From contig JBAZNT010000001.1 of NCBI GenBank assembly GCA_041649115.1, forward strand, positions 76,325 to 140,324: 64,000 bases of DNA. Direction: 5' to 3'. Positions 9,260-20,126 of this stretch are shown here, piece after piece; the first letter of the stretch is position 1, and every line of letters begins with the position of its first letter. Under the pieces are notes generated by a model that saw nothing but the letters and a program-made list of their open reading frames with translations, did no database searches and was not told where the DNA came from. The position numbers and the translations under genes are program-made. Source of the stretch: Candidatus Omnitrophota bacterium. GTDB lineage: Bacteria; Omnitrophota; Gorgyraeia; Gygaellales; Profunditerraquicolaceae.

Positions 9260-10990
9260 GTGAAAGTCCGCATCTTTGCTCTATTGTTTATTTTTCTTGC
9301 CGGCGGTTTAGCAACAGCCCGGGCCGGGGAATTCAACATCCTTTATACCGGCGGTACCCACGCGATGCTATACCCCTGTAATTGTCCTGTTGAGCCCGAC
9401 GGCGGAGTTGCGCGGCGCGCAACCCTCATAAGAGAGCTCAGAAAGAAAAACCCCAATACCCTGGTTTTGGATTCCGGAGATTTCTTCGCCGGCGGACTGC
9501 AGGACGAATATACGCAGAATAGCGAACTTGATATGCGTCGCAGCGCCATTGAGCTGGAGGCCATGGGGATAATGGGTTATGATGCAGCAGGGGTATCCAG
9601 CGAAGAGTTTAATTTCACAAGGGATTTTCTAGAGAAGAGCATCAAGGAGGCAAGGTTTCCTTTTCTCTCGGCTAATATTAAATCCCCGCTCTTTCATCCG
9701 TATATCGTCAAGGAAATAGGCGGCGTGAAATTCGGGATCACCTCTGTTATTACTCCTTTTGCCGCAGCCAAGACCGGGGGATTAGAGTTGCCAGACCCCC
9801 GGGATTCCTTAAGAAAAGTCCTTGGCCGAATGAAGAAGGAAGGCGTTGATATAGTTGTATTATTGAGCCGGTTAGACCAAAAGGAAGACATAAACTTAAT
9901 AAAGGGCCTGGGTGGCGTTGACATTATTATTAACAGTTATAGCAGCAAGAATGACGACATCTTTACTAAGAGCGGCACTACCCTGATTGTAAAGACCTCC
10001 TGGCAGGGAAGGCATTTAGGGAGGTTGATGCTGGATATAGACGCCGACAAGAAAATCGTCAATTATAAGGCAGAGTTCATCAGGCTTTCGGATGAGATTG
10101 CTGATGACCCGGCGATAACTGCGATCCTGCCGCAGTGTTTTTCCGACTCCAATTGCAGAAAAGGAGCAGCGAGGGGGTCTTGTAATAACCCGGCCATGCC
10201 GAATGCGCGATGCGCATTTGCCAAGGCATCCAGGGTCAGCTTATTGGTCATAACTTCAAAGGAATGCACTGTCTGCGATGCGCAGAAAACGATAGATTAT
10301 TTAAAGAATGAATTCCCAGGCCTTAGCGTATCCTATCTCTACCACGGCAGCCGGAAGGCGGATAGGTTGATTGCCGATTTCGGTATCAAGGGTCTGCCGG
10401 CTTATCTGCTGGAGAAAGAGGTAGAAAAGGACCCCAATTTCAGCAAGCTTGCGGATAAGTCCGTTTTAAAGGGGGATTACTACCTTTTGGAGCCCAGATT
10501 CAGCGGTCTGGCCTATTTCTTAGACCGCAGGAGACAAAAGGGCAACATAGATGTCTTTCTTAGTCTTTACGACGCAAGCGCCGTCGGCATCCTGGAAAAT
10601 GTCAGGCAGTATCAACCGGCGCTGCACTTTCTGGTTACCGAGCAAGGGGGAGATTTTAGCGCCCTCAAAGGAAAGCCCGAGGTAGAGGAGTGCCTGCGCA
10701 GCGTCTGCGTCCGGAAATATTACCCCAGGCGATACTGGGATTACCTTAGCTGCCGTGCCGCTAACATCAGCAGCAGCTGGTGGCAGGAATGCGCTTCCGG
10801 CATCGACGCATCCAGGATTGCCGAGTGCGCCAGGGGGCAAGAAGGGAAGGCGCTTTTAAGAGACAATATACGGATGAACAAGGAATTGGAGATTATGTTC
10901 GGACCGCTGTACCTGGTAGATAATAATGAGATTTTTGGAATCCGCGGGGTGCCCAGCAAAGAAGAATTCCGCAGGATTTTCAAAAAATAA
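9260..10990 (+). CDS. Exported multidomain protein: degenerate 5'-nucleotidase/metallophosphoesterase-like N-domain, Cys-rich linker, CxxC thioredoxin-like module and a degenerate DsbA-like module
   Basis: 576 aa with a GTG start and a signal peptide (MKVRIFALLFIFLAGGLATARA). GGVARRAT and DSGDFFAGG resemble 5'-nucleotidase motifs, but the DxH and GNHE positions are altered (YTGGTH, SSEEFN). A C-x5-C-x8-C-x9-C linker follows. ITSKECTVCD plus GLPAYLL indicates a thioredoxin fold. Confidence 0.55.
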   Translation: MKVRIFALLFIFLAGGLATARAGEFNILYTGGTHAMLYPCNCPVEPDGGVARRATLIRELRKKNPNTLVLDSGDFFAGGLQDEYTQNSELDMRRSAIELEAMGIMGYDAAGVSSEEFNFTRDFLEKSIKEARFPFLSANIKSPLFHPYIVKEIGGVKFGITSVITPFAAAKTGGLELPDPRDSLRKVLGRMKKEGVDIVVLLSRLDQKEDINLIKGLGGVDIIINSYSSKNDDIFTKSGTTLIVKTSWQGRHLGRLMLDIDADKKIVNYKAEFIRLSDEIADDPAITAILPQCFSDSNCRKGAARGSCNNPAMPNARCAFAKASRVSLLVITSKECTVCDAQKTIDYLKNEFPGLSVSYLYHGSRKADRLIADFGIKGLPAYLLEKEVEKDPNFSKLADKSVLKGDYYLLEPRFSGLAYFLDRRRQKGNIDVFLSLYDASAVGILENVRQYQPALHFLVTEQGGDFSALKGKPEVEECLRSVCVRKYYPRRYWDYLSCRAANISSSWWQECASGIDASRIAECARGQEGKALLRDNIRMNKELEIMFGPLYLVDNNEIFGIRGVPSKEEFRRIFKK

Positions 10991-11002
10991 AGAGGTGAGC
11001 CC

Positions 11003-13517
<2,515 letters not shown>

Positions 13518-13518
13518 A

Positions 13519-13554
13519 GGAAACTCCTTCCAACAGGAATCGGGAAAGTGTTTC
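13519..13554 (+). repeat. Hairpin-repeat family copy after purA
   Basis: GGAAACTCCTTCC-AACAGGAATC-GGGAAAGTGTTTC pairs at 10 of 12 positions. The 3' arm TCGGGAAAGTGT matches the other copies. Confidence 0.6.
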
Positions 13555-13569
13555 GGCATTGAAAATGGC

Positions 13570-13598
13570 TTGACTAAAATTATGGCATATGTTATAGT
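13570..13598 (+). promoter_or_regulatory. Sigma-70-like promoter for the OmpA-like/coiled-coil lipoprotein operon
   Basis: TTGACT (13570-13575), a 17-nt spacer, then TATAGT (13593-13598), about 30 nt upstream of an AGGAGG RBS and the ATG at 13630. Confidence 0.55.
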
Positions 13599-13629
13599 TA
13601 AACCCTATCCTAAAAACAGGAGGTAACAG

Positions 13630-14277
13630 ATGAAAGCGGCATCCGTATTTAAAATCTTACTAATAATATTAATAGTGACGGCCATCTCCGGATGTACTTT
13701 TGTTTTCCAGAAGGGGAGACGTTCGGATATCGAAAAGATAAAGGATCTCTCCAGGCAGCTGGATGAATTGGGACAGACCCAGAGACTCTTGGAGGCGAGG
13801 CTTGCCCAGGAGATCAAGGATAAGCAGGTAAGGCTTCAGATGATGGAGAAGGGGCTGGTAATTACATTTGTGGCGGATGTCCTCTTTGATTCCGGCAAGG
13901 CCAAGATCAAACCGACGGCTTATGCTACCCTTGATAAGGTAGCAACAGTTCTTAAAGAGAATGCCCCCGAATATAATATAGGAATTGAGGGGCATACCGA
14001 CAACGTGCCGATCAGGTTCTCGGGATGGAAGAGTAATTGGGAACTTTCCACTGCCCGCTCATTGAGCGTATTGCACTATCTGGTAGATGACGAGGGTATC
14101 GCCCCCAGCCGGGTATCCGCCATCGGTTACGGCGAATACAGGCCGGTTGCCTCCAATGATAGCGCCGAGGGGCGTCAGCTTAACCGCAGGGTAGAGATTG
14201 TTATCCTGCCCATGGTTTCAAAGGTTAAGGAGACCGCAAAAGAAGAGGGTATTGAGCCCGCGGAGAATCTGAAGTAA
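13630..14277 (+). CDS. OmpA/MotB-family peptidoglycan-binding lipoprotein with an N-terminal coiled coil
   Basis: 215 aa. The lipobox is LIVTAISGC. OmpA-like domain motifs are GHTDNVPI.., NWELSTARS and NRRVEIVI. Confidence 0.8.
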   Translation: MKAASVFKILLIILIVTAISGCTFVFQKGRRSDIEKIKDLSRQLDELGQTQRLLEARLAQEIKDKQVRLQMMEKGLVITFVADVLFDSGKAKIKPTAYATLDKVATVLKENAPEYNIGIEGHTDNVPIRFSGWKSNWELSTARSLSVLHYLVDDEGIAPSRVSAIGYGEYRPVASNDSAEGRQLNRRVEIVILPMVSKVKETAKEEGIEPAENLK

Positions 14278-14307
14278 TAGTATTGTTTTTTAGAGGGGAA
14301 TCAGAAA

Positions 14308-14676
14308 ATGGAAGAAGGAATGAAAAACCGCCTCATTCTTATACTTTCGGTTCTAACGGCAATATTCTTTATTGCGGCCGTAGGCTCCTGCGGCAGCGCG
14401 CGCAGACAGAAGATTGCCAAGGACAAGGAGATGGCCACCCGCCTGGATCTGGAAGAGAACGCCGGCAAGCTCGAGAGCCAGGTAGCTAGCCTCAAGCAGG
14501 AACTGCAGCAGGAGAAAACGGCGCACGAGACTACCCGTAAGGCATTATCGCAAGAGCAGCTTATTAATCAGGACCTGAAGGATGAGTTGGAGAAGGTCAG
14601 CGAGCTCAAGGGGGCGCTGGAGGAAGATTTAAAGGAAGCGCTTATAAAAGGCAAGTCTTCGAAGAGCAAAAGATAG
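14308..14676 (+). CDS. Small lipoprotein, almost entirely coiled coil, with a basic C-terminus (hypothetical)
   Basis: 122 aa. It has a hydrophobic signal and lipobox AAVGSCGS, then about 90 residues of heptad-like E/K/Q/L-rich sequence ending KGKSSKSKR. The start could be 14308 or 14320. Confidence 0.6.
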   Translation: MEEGMKNRLILILSVLTAIFFIAAVGSCGSARRQKIAKDKEMATRLDLEENAGKLESQVASLKQELQQEKTAHETTRKALSQEQLINQDLKDELEKVSELKGALEEDLKEALIKGKSSKSKR

Positions 14677-14749
14677 AAGGTTGATTTTTAGGGCGGTCCA
14701 TTATTTTAGATAATAAACCGAAGATGAGATAGAAGGAGCGGCACAAAAG

Positions 14750-14763
14750 ATACGCGCGCGTAT
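14750..14763. other. Perfect 14-bp palindrome ATACGCGCGCGTAT with an alternating CG core, directly upstream of the terminator
   Basis: Read directly from the sequence. It is its own reverse complement, and flanking A/T runs extend the potential stem to 14747-14766. Confidence 0.6.
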
Positions 14764-14766
14764 TTT

Positions 14767-14793
14767 AAAAAGGGGATGGCTATCCCCTTTTTT
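14767..14793. terminator. Rho-independent, potentially bidirectional terminator after the lipoprotein operon
   Basis: AAAA-AGGGGAT-GGCT-ATCCCCT-TTTTT: a perfect 7-bp GC-rich stem with a 4-nt loop, an A-tract upstream and a T-tract downstream. Confidence 0.8.
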
Positions 14794-14833
14794 GTTGAGC
14801 AAGGTTTTTGGTTTAAAGCGCAAGGAGGTGGGT

Positions 14834-15814
14834 ATGGCGATATTACACAGGGTGGGGCAGAAATTAAGGAGTATTGCCGCCAAGAACAGGAAGAAGGTAA
14901 GTAAGGCGATTGGCAGAAAGAAAGCCGGGGCAGCGGTTGTCAAGGAAGAGAAACGCGAGGCGCTCGGCACCCATGAGACAACGGTAGTAAAGGCCAAGTT
15001 TTCCACGCCTGAGCCAGGCAGGCCCACACGCCGCGTGATGGAGGATCTCCCGGCAGGTTACCACGAAGACAAGATAGTGCTTCAGGTGCGCGACCCCTGG
15101 TGGCTGCATAGCTACTGGGAGCTGACTCCTGAAACCATCGATGGCCTGCGCAGGCGTTTAGGAGATTCCTTCCGGGGTTCGCGAATGGTGCTTCGGGTTT
15201 ACGATGTAAGTTATATTATCTTCGACGGGAAAAACGCCAACAGTTATTTTGACATCGAGGTTGACCCTCAGGCAACCAGCTGGTATATCGATACCAAGGG
15301 GCCGGGCAGGTCGTGGTGCGTGGAATTAGGGTTCCGCCTGGCCAATGGCGATTTCGTCGCCATCCTGCGTTCCAATACCGTGCATACCCCTATTGACGGG
15401 CCGTCCTGGATTACCGACGAAGAATGGATGATACCGGATGACGTGTTTGCGCGGCTCTACGGGATGGGATTTGGCCTGGGGCAGAGTTCTCCGGTAGGAA
15501 AGGCCTGGCAGGAACGCTTAAAGAGAGAACTTTATTCCGGGGCCCTTTCCTCGGGCGCCAGTCCGGTTAAGAAGCCCCTTGGACAGAAAGGGTTTTGGAT
15601 GGTTGTAAATACAGAGCTTATTGTTTACGGAGCGACTGAGCCCGATGCCAAGTTGACTGTTCAGGGTAAGCCCGTGAATTTACGCGCCGACGGTACATTC
15701 ACCTTGCGTTTTGCCCTTCCTGACGGCAGGCAGGTCATACCGGTCGAGGCAGTTTCAGCGGATGAGAGCCAGAGGCGCAGCGTAACGCCGATAGTCAGCA
15801 GGGAGACCAGATAG
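14834..15814 (+). CDS. DUF4912-family protein (function unknown), paired with the GH57 enzyme
   Basis: I chose the ATG at 14834, after the AAGGAGG RBS at 14822-14828. It has a basic N-terminus and then IVLQVRDPWWLHSYWEL.., which I recognise as DUF4912-like. The track's TTG start at 14792 lies inside the terminator T-tract. Confidence 0.65.
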   Translation: MAILHRVGQKLRSIAAKNRKKVSKAIGRKKAGAAVVKEEKREALGTHETTVVKAKFSTPEPGRPTRRVMEDLPAGYHEDKIVLQVRDPWWLHSYWELTPETIDGLRRRLGDSFRGSRMVLRVYDVSYIIFDGKNANSYFDIEVDPQATSWYIDTKGPGRSWCVELGFRLANGDFVAILRSNTVHTPIDGPSWITDEEWMIPDDVFARLYGMGFGLGQSSPVGKAWQERLKRELYSGALSSGASPVKKPLGQKGFWMVVNTELIVYGATEPDAKLTVQGKPVNLRADGTFTLRFALPDGRQVIPVEAVSADESQRRSVTPIVSRETR

Positions 15815-15819
15815 GATAT

Positions 15820-17394
15820 ATGCATAAAGGATACCTCTCCATCGTTCTGCACAGCCATCTTCCCTATGTGCGCCACCCGGATTACGAAGATTTCCTGGAG
15901 GAGGATTGGTTCTACGAGGCCATTACCGAGACCTATATTCCTTTGATTGAGGTATTTCAGCGCCTTATCGAAGATAAGGTAGATTTCCGCATTACCCTGG
16001 GTTTGTCTCCTACCCTGGTTTCGATGTTCGTGGATCCCCTCCTTGAAGCGCGTTACCTGAAGCACATTAATAAATTAATAGAGCTGGCGCATAAAGAGGC
16101 AGAGAGGACGCGCTGGCAGCCGGAGTTTCAGCATCTGGCATTGATGTATCTGGATAATTTTTACCGGGCGCGCAGTATATTCGAGCGTTACAACGGCAAC
16201 CTGTCTGTGGCATTTAAGAATTTTCAGGATTTAGGCAAGGTTGAAATCGTTACCTGCGGCGCCACCCATGGTTATCTGCCTCTGATGGAGACGGTGCGGC
16301 CTTCGGTGCGGGCGCAGGTTAAGGTTGCGGCAGACCATTATCAGAAGGTCTTTGGCAGGAAGCCCGCCGGGATATGGCTGCCGGAATGCGGATATTACCC
16401 CGGATACGACGAGATATTGAAGGAAGCGGGGATAAGATATTTTTTCAGCGATGCCCACGGCGTGCTACACGCGACGCCACGGCCAAAATACGGGGTATTC
16501 GCCCCGATATACTGTAAATCCGGAGTAGCCTGTTTTGGCCGGGACCTGGAATCCGCAAAGCAGGTCTGGTCTTCTATTGAGGGCTACCCGGGTGACTATG
16601 CCTATCGCGAATTTTACCGCGATATCGGTTTTGACCTGGATTACGAATACGTCAAGCCTTATATACATCCCGACGGCATCAGGGTTAATACCGGCATCAA
16701 GTATTACCGCATCAGCGGAAGCGATAACAAACAGCCGTATAACCCTTACCTGGCGAGGGAAAAAGCTGCCGTGCATGCCGGTAATTTTATGTTCAACCGC
16801 GAAAAACAGATGGAGCACCTTTACGGCTTATTGGGGAATAAACCGCTTGTTATTTCGCCTTATGATGCCGAGCTCTACGGGCACTGGTGGTATGAAGGCG
16901 TGATATGGCTGGAGATGCTTTTGCGCAAGATACATTTTGACCAGAATACCATCCGTCTCATTACCCCTTGCGAGTACCTTGCGGAGAATCCGCGCCATCA
17001 GGTTGCCACGCCTTCCATGTCAAGCTGGGGATGGAAGGGCTACAGCGAGATGTGGTTACAGGGTCCTAACGATTGGCTCTACCGTCATCTGCATAAGGCC
17101 TCGGAGCGCATGACGGAGCTGGCCAGGACATTTCCGCAAAGCGAAGGTTTATTAAGACGGGCGTTAAACCAGTCCCTAAGGGAGCTTTTATTAGCCCAGA
17201 GTTCAGACTGGGCTTTTATCATGGCTACCGGCACGCATGTGCCTTATGCCACCAAGCGCAGCAAGGAACATCTCCTGAGGTTTACGCGTCTTTACGAGGA
17301 CATCAAATCTAACTATATCGACGAGAAATGGCTGGCGGATATCGAATACCGCGATAATATCTTCCCCGATATCGATTACCGCATACATCAGTAA
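15820..17394 (+). CDS. Glycoside hydrolase family 57 1,4-alpha-glucan branching enzyme-like protein
   Basis: 524 aa. The N-terminus GYLSIVLHSHLPYVRHP..EEDWFYEAITETYIPLI is typical of GH57 branching enzymes with a DUF1957-type C-terminal region. Confidence 0.85.
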   Translation: MHKGYLSIVLHSHLPYVRHPDYEDFLEEDWFYEAITETYIPLIEVFQRLIEDKVDFRITLGLSPTLVSMFVDPLLEARYLKHINKLIELAHKEAERTRWQPEFQHLALMYLDNFYRARSIFERYNGNLSVAFKNFQDLGKVEIVTCGATHGYLPLMETVRPSVRAQVKVAADHYQKVFGRKPAGIWLPECGYYPGYDEILKEAGIRYFFSDAHGVLHATPRPKYGVFAPIYCKSGVACFGRDLESAKQVWSSIEGYPGDYAYREFYRDIGFDLDYEYVKPYIHPDGIRVNTGIKYYRISGSDNKQPYNPYLAREKAAVHAGNFMFNREKQMEHLYGLLGNKPLVISPYDAELYGHWWYEGVIWLEMLLRKIHFDQNTIRLITPCEYLAENPRHQVATPSMSSWGWKGYSEMWLQGPNDWLYRHLHKASERMTELARTFPQSEGLLRRALNQSLRELLLAQSSDWAFIMATGTHVPYATKRSKEHLLRFTRLYEDIKSNYIDEKWLADIEYRDNIFPDIDYRIHQ

Positions 17395-17425
17395 ATAACC
17401 CCCATAATACAGGTAAGGCTTTATT

Positions 17426-18163
17426 ATGGCTGCAGGCATAAAAGACAAGATTCCCTGTCACGTAGCGATTATTATGGACGGCAACGGCCGCTGGGCAAAG
17501 GAAAGGGGTCTTACCCGCAGCGCCGGCCATCGCGCCGGTATTAAAGCCGTAAAAGAGGCGGTTTCAGCGGCAGGCGAGCTTGGCGTCAAGGTGGTTACGT
17601 TTTTTGCGTTCTCTACCGAGAACTGGTCGCGCCCCAAAAAGGAAATAGAGATGCTTATGCGCGCCTTGGATAATTTTCTGAAGCGCCAGCTTGAGGATTT
17701 GAAAAAGAATAATATCCGGCTTCTGGTTATCGGCAGGGACGAGCCTTTGCCGGCTTATCTGCGCAGGAAGCTGAAATATGTCCAGGAGCGGACCGGTAAT
17801 AATACCGGCCTGACGGTGGTATTGGCGTTGAATTACGGCGGTAGACAGGAGATCGTTGACGCCGCCAGGAGATTTGCCAAAGCTGCTTTCAGGGGCGAGG
17901 TCAGGCCGGAAGGGTTGAATGAAGAATCCTTCGGCAATTATCTGTATACCAGCGGCCTGCCGGACCCGGATATATTAATCCGTACCAGCGGCGAGATGCG
18001 CGTCAGTAATTTCCTGCTTTGGCAGATTTCTTATACCGAGTTTTATTTTATCGGGAAATACTGGCCGGATTTTAAAAAAGAGGACTTTTACAGGGCGGTT
18101 AGGGTATATCAGGAGAGGGAACGCCGCTTCGGCAGGATAAGGAGGTGGCCACTTGCTACTTAA
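17426..18163 (+). CDS. uppS: Undecaprenyl-diphosphate synthase (cis-isoprenyl transferase)
   Basis: HVAIIMDGNGRWAKERG, FAFSTENWSRP and RTSGEMRVSNFLLWQ. Confidence 0.95.
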   Translation: MAAGIKDKIPCHVAIIMDGNGRWAKERGLTRSAGHRAGIKAVKEAVSAAGELGVKVVTFFAFSTENWSRPKKEIEMLMRALDNFLKRQLEDLKKNNIRLLVIGRDEPLPAYLRRKLKYVQERTGNNTGLTVVLALNYGGRQEIVDAARRFAKAAFRGEVRPEGLNEESFGNYLYTSGLPDPDILIRTSGEMRVSNFLLWQISYTEFYFIGKYWPDFKKEDFYRAVRVYQERERRFGRIRRWPLAT

Positions 18164-18947
18164 AAGGATATTAACTTCAGCGGCGCTTATCGGGTTGATC
18201 ACCGTGACAGTGTCGTTTGACTGGTTGGTAGGCCTGGCAGTAACTGCTTTTATCGTGGCGGGGCTCTACGAGTTCTTTACGATGCTAGAGAAGAAGGGCA
18301 TTATTATCTACAAGTATTTCGGTATTGCCGTAGGGGCGGTTATCCCGCTTTCCATTATGCTGCGTTTTGAACTTACCAAGGGCTGGGAGCTGCTCTTTGT
18401 CACCCTGGGGTTATTATTCCTTATCGTAATGCAGTTTAGGAGGAGCCAGAGTTCCGGGGTTATCGTAGGGATATCAACGACCATTTTCGGCATAATCTAC
18501 GTCTCCTGGTTCTTGAGTTTTCTCATTAAGATACGCTACCTTCCGCGGGGGATGGAATTGCTGGTGGCGGTCCTGGCTATTACCAAGCTGGGTGATATCG
18601 GCGCATATCTGGTAGGTTCGCGTTTCGGCAAGACGCCTCTTATGCCGCGTATCAGCCCGCACAAATCAATAGAAGGTGCGCTGGGGGGGCTGGTTTTTAG
18701 CGTTATCGCAGCATTGCTAATCAAGGGGGTAATAAAGATTTCCTACCCCCAATCGGTACTGTTGGGTATTTTTATCGGCCTGCTCGGCCAGATAGGGGAT
18801 TTATCAGAATCATTGATGAAGCGTGACTGCGCGGTCAAGGATTCCGGCAGGCTATTGCCCGGTATGGGCGGAGTTCTGGATGTGGTCGATAGCCTCCTTT
18901 TTACCGCTCCGGTATTTTATTTCCTCTCAAGCTACGCGGTCATTTAG
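18153..18947 (+). CDS. cdsA: Phosphatidate cytidylyltransferase
   Basis: 264 aa, polytopic membrane protein. CDS signature SLMKRDCAVKDSGRLLPGMGGVLD. TTG start after an AGGAGG RBS. Confidence 0.9.
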   Translation: MLLKRILTSAALIGLITVTVSFDWLVGLAVTAFIVAGLYEFFTMLEKKGIIIYKYFGIAVGAVIPLSIMLRFELTKGWELLFVTLGLLFLIVMQFRRSQSSGVIVGISTTIFGIIYVSWFLSFLIKIRYLPRGMELLVAVLAITKLGDIGAYLVGSRFGKTPLMPRISPHKSIEGALGGLVFSVIAALLIKGVIKISYPQSVLLGIFIGLLGQIGDLSESLMKRDCAVKDSGRLLPGMGGVLDVVDSLLFTAPVFYFLSSYAVI

Positions 18948-18968
18948 CTGCCAGGGCATGCAAAGGTT

Positions 18969-20123
18969 ATGAAACGTATTACTGTTTTAGGCTCAACCGG
19001 TTCTATAGGCGTTAACACCCTTAAGGTGGTGCGTGATTTTCCGGGGCTTTTTAAGGTAGCAGGATTAAGCACAAATTCCAACACCGCTCTTTTATATCAT
19101 CAGATTAGAAGTTTTAGGCCTGAGGTAGTTGCAGTAGCAGATTGCCGGGCCGGCCTGAGGTTAAAAGAGAGATTAAGAGGCCAGAAGGTAAGGGTGCTCA
19201 TAGGCGAAGAAGGCCTGTCGGAATTGGCAGGCCGCCGCAATGTTGATAAGGTAGTTTTGGCGATCAGCGGTTCATCGGCGCTCGGTCCTCTCTTGAGCGC
19301 TATCAATAACAGAAGGGTCGTCGCTTTAGCCAATAAGGAGGCCTTGGTTATGGCGGGTGAGCTTATCCTGCCGCGCCTCTTAAGAGGGGAATCGCGCCTT
19401 ATCCCTATTGATAGCGAGCAATCAGCTATCTGGCAGTGCCTTGAAGGAGAAGATAAGGCGAAATTAAAACGCATTTACCTGACTGCTTCAGGCGGGCCAT
19501 TAAGAAAGAAAAGGGTAAGTTCTTTGAGGAATGCCCGCGTAAGCGAGGTCTTGAGGCATCCCCGATGGAATATGGGCAGAAAGATAAGCGTGGATTCCGC
19601 CACCCTCATGAATAAGGGGCTGGAGGTTTTAGAGGCGATGTATCTTTTTGGCGTAGCAGCCGATAAGATTAAGGTATTGGTGCACCCGGAGGCAGTTATC
19701 CATTCTATGGTTGAGTTTACGGATGGCGTTATACTTGCCCAACTTTCAGCCACTGATATGCGTATCCCCATACAGTACGCCCTTTCCTACCCCGAAAGGC
19801 TAAGTAATACTGAGTTTCCGGAGGTAGATTTTTTGAAATTAAGGAGGCTTAATTTTGAAGGGCCGGATTTACGCCGCTTCCCGGCTTTGGGGCTGGCATA
19901 TCTGGCAGCCGAAGAGAGAGGCACAATGCCCGCAGTCTTAAACGCTGCCAATGAGATAGCGGTGGAAGCCTTTTTAGAAAACAGAATTTCATTTACCGGC
20001 ATAGCCAAGACCGTAGAGACGGTAATGCAGAGTCATAAAAAAACAAGAGAGCCCAGCCTCGCCGATATCATGGCGGCGGATGAATGGGCCAGAAACAAGG
20101 CGCGCGCCTTAACCCGCAATTAA
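18969..20123 (+). CDS. dxr: 1-deoxy-D-xylulose-5-phosphate reductoisomerase
   Basis: ITVLGSTGSIGVNTL, LANKEALV, and NMGRKISVDSATLMNKGLE. Confidence 0.95.
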   Translation: MKRITVLGSTGSIGVNTLKVVRDFPGLFKVAGLSTNSNTALLYHQIRSFRPEVVAVADCRAGLRLKERLRGQKVRVLIGEEGLSELAGRRNVDKVVLAISGSSALGPLLSAINNRRVVALANKEALVMAGELILPRLLRGESRLIPIDSEQSAIWQCLEGEDKAKLKRIYLTASGGPLRKKRVSSLRNARVSEVLRHPRWNMGRKISVDSATLMNKGLEVLEAMYLFGVAADKIKVLVHPEAVIHSMVEFTDGVILAQLSATDMRIPIQYALSYPERLSNTEFPEVDFLKLRRLNFEGPDLRRFPALGLAYLAAEERGTMPAVLNAANEIAVEAFLENRISFTGIAKTVETVMQSHKKTREPSLADIMAADEWARNKARALTRN

Positions 20124-20126
20124 AAG

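Noticed and set aside
14283-14495. Overlapping small ORFs (68 aa on + and 64 aa on -) at the start of the coiled-coil lipoprotein gene
   Set aside because: They are alternative frames of the same region. Only the 14308 frame has a signal peptide, a lipobox and a coherent heptad pattern.
14792-14833. TTG at 14792 as the start of the DUF4912 protein
   Set aside because: It lies inside the terminator T-tract. The ATG at 14834 has an AAGGAGG RBS at ideal spacing.
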